From a virus (Duplodnaviria > Caudoviricetes): DNA of 35,569 bases. The stretch is taken from IMG/VR virus record IMGVR_UViG_3300011339_000909, positions 1 to 35,569 of that record, one strand, 5' to 3'. Of the stretch, positions 35,301-35,569 are shown piece after piece; position 1 is the stretch's first letter; each line of letters opens with the position of its first letter. The notes beneath the pieces were generated by a model, which ran no database searches, had not been told where the DNA came from, and saw only the letters and a list, made by a program, of their open reading frames with translations. Made by a program: the position numbers and the translations under genes.

Positions 35301-35569
35301 CATTCTTAGAGGCGGTGACGTGTTAAACTTTAAGATTGGTACAGATACCCTCTATGGGCTGAAAGTCGCTTACAATCAAAATGAGTTGGCACCAAGTGGT
35401 GAGGCTACATGGAGCTTTGCAAGCACATTCAATAATGGCAGTGGCACTGGACTTACAACTACCCCTATATCATTCTTTAGAGGGGTGCTTGTTACAGGAC
35501 AGAGGCTTGTAAGTGCATCTGTAAACACAAACATTCTAGACTACTACGGCAATAATCCTAGCGGCAGAT
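32371..35569 (+). CDS. Long tail fibre/adhesin, 3'-truncated (>1066 aa; not in ORF track)
   Basis: Open frame from MARISTYP to the window end; G/T/S-rich; repeated modules LTING, TLNIPxY, LSSxDW. Confidence 0.88.
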   Translation, partial: MARISTYPIVSIPTLNDLLIGTDVENLNETKNFSLGDISGLISQGFVPYVGATGNVNLGAFNITAASFIIPGGLATQFVKADGSLDSTAYTPQTRTLTINGVTYNLSANRSWDLNTVDTLTTIGTSGAATYIGKTLNIPQYQAQGAYITQLSGEATAVGPGNAAVTLNNAAVTSKVLTGLNVTGGTVVSTDTILQAFGKVQNQINGLAGGVEYQGVWNAATNTPFLQSSVGVQGYYYVVNVAGNTNLNGITDWQVGDWAIFNGSTWDKVDNTDAVVSVNGYVGAVVLTASDVGAVPITRTLTINGVGYNLSADRSWTVGDVRTDQTYANPSWITSLAWTKITGTPTTLAGYGITDGALNTTTLTINGVTFNLTANRTWNVGTVTSIATTGPLTGGTITGSGTIGITQSSSTTDGYLSSTDWNIFNGKQAAISVTAPLTFVAGVVGITQSGASTDGYLSSTDWNTFNSKVGGSGTPNTLPMWGSSSSLVNSPLSYAADTFNFQYNSATGGTVVFTNSNGTAYAYTIQMNNFGSPRSTIHGYTDGLVIQSIGGTQVSRMFANGNMILGTGTVETGHKITISGDLFVNTIINAVLDTDRFIVSDGGIIKYRTGSEVLADIGAQGSLTLTTTGTSGASTLIGNTLNIPQYTDQFVGTVTSVGLSMPLAFNVSNTPITSSGTITVTGAGTASQYVRGDGTLADFPSGGGGGGSSVSYYLNGSVNQGTFVGNAYYEMSKTPILGAGTDFNISTNGYIAQFITDAGDPNQLEIPAGNWNFETYFSASSGGGTPSFYVELYKYDGTTFTFIASNSTNPELIAFGTIINPYFSALAVPQTSLLVTDRLAIRIYVNTSGRTITLHTENGHLCQIITTFTTGLTALNGLTTQVQYFQVGTSGTDFNIASATATHTFNLPTASATNRGALSSADWTIFNGKQNAITLTTTGTSGVSTLVGSTLNIPNYSTDLSGYVTLATDQTITGLKTILRGGDVLNFKIGTDTLYGLKVAYNQNELAPSGEATWSFASTFNNGSGTGLTTTPISFFRGVLVTGQRLVSASVNTNILDYYGNNPSGR

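Noticed and set aside
1-35569. Stop-codon recoding, DGR/retron, integrase
   Set aside because: Long genes are intact in the standard code and all three stop codons end genes; no reverse transcriptase or recombinase motifs seen in this window.

Overview
Segment of a tailed dsDNA phage genome, most likely infecting Bacteroidota. Host evidence: TAnnTTTG promoters, A-rich start regions without Shine-Dalgarno such as AAATCAAATG, and a BT4734-like primase. Layout: (i) + strand 1-6798, a giant polyvalent virion-type protein, 5'-truncated. (ii) - strand ~6800-23650, an early/replication block with nucleases, SNF2-type helicase, primase-helicase, SSB-like protein, RecE-like exonuclease, Sak-like annealase, two DnaA-C-terminal-like proteins and many small ORFs. 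(iii) A divergent non-coding region at ~23650-24230. (iv) + strand 24239-end: GroEL, GroES, small basic proteins, a lysis cassette (holin, M15 endolysin, GIY-YIG endonuclease, u-spanin-like lipoprotein) and a 3'-truncated tail fibre. The most unusual content is non-coding RNA on the early strand. There are two hammerhead ribozymes (type III at 20208-20258, type I at 21428-21477) and three tRNA-like RNAs sharing acceptor stem and T-arm around unrelated central cargo (15131-15901). Further T-loop mini-elements and a pseudoknot are also present. A ~165-bp origin-like element occurs twice, ~10 kb apart. All calls come from manual reading; no searches or folding programs were run.
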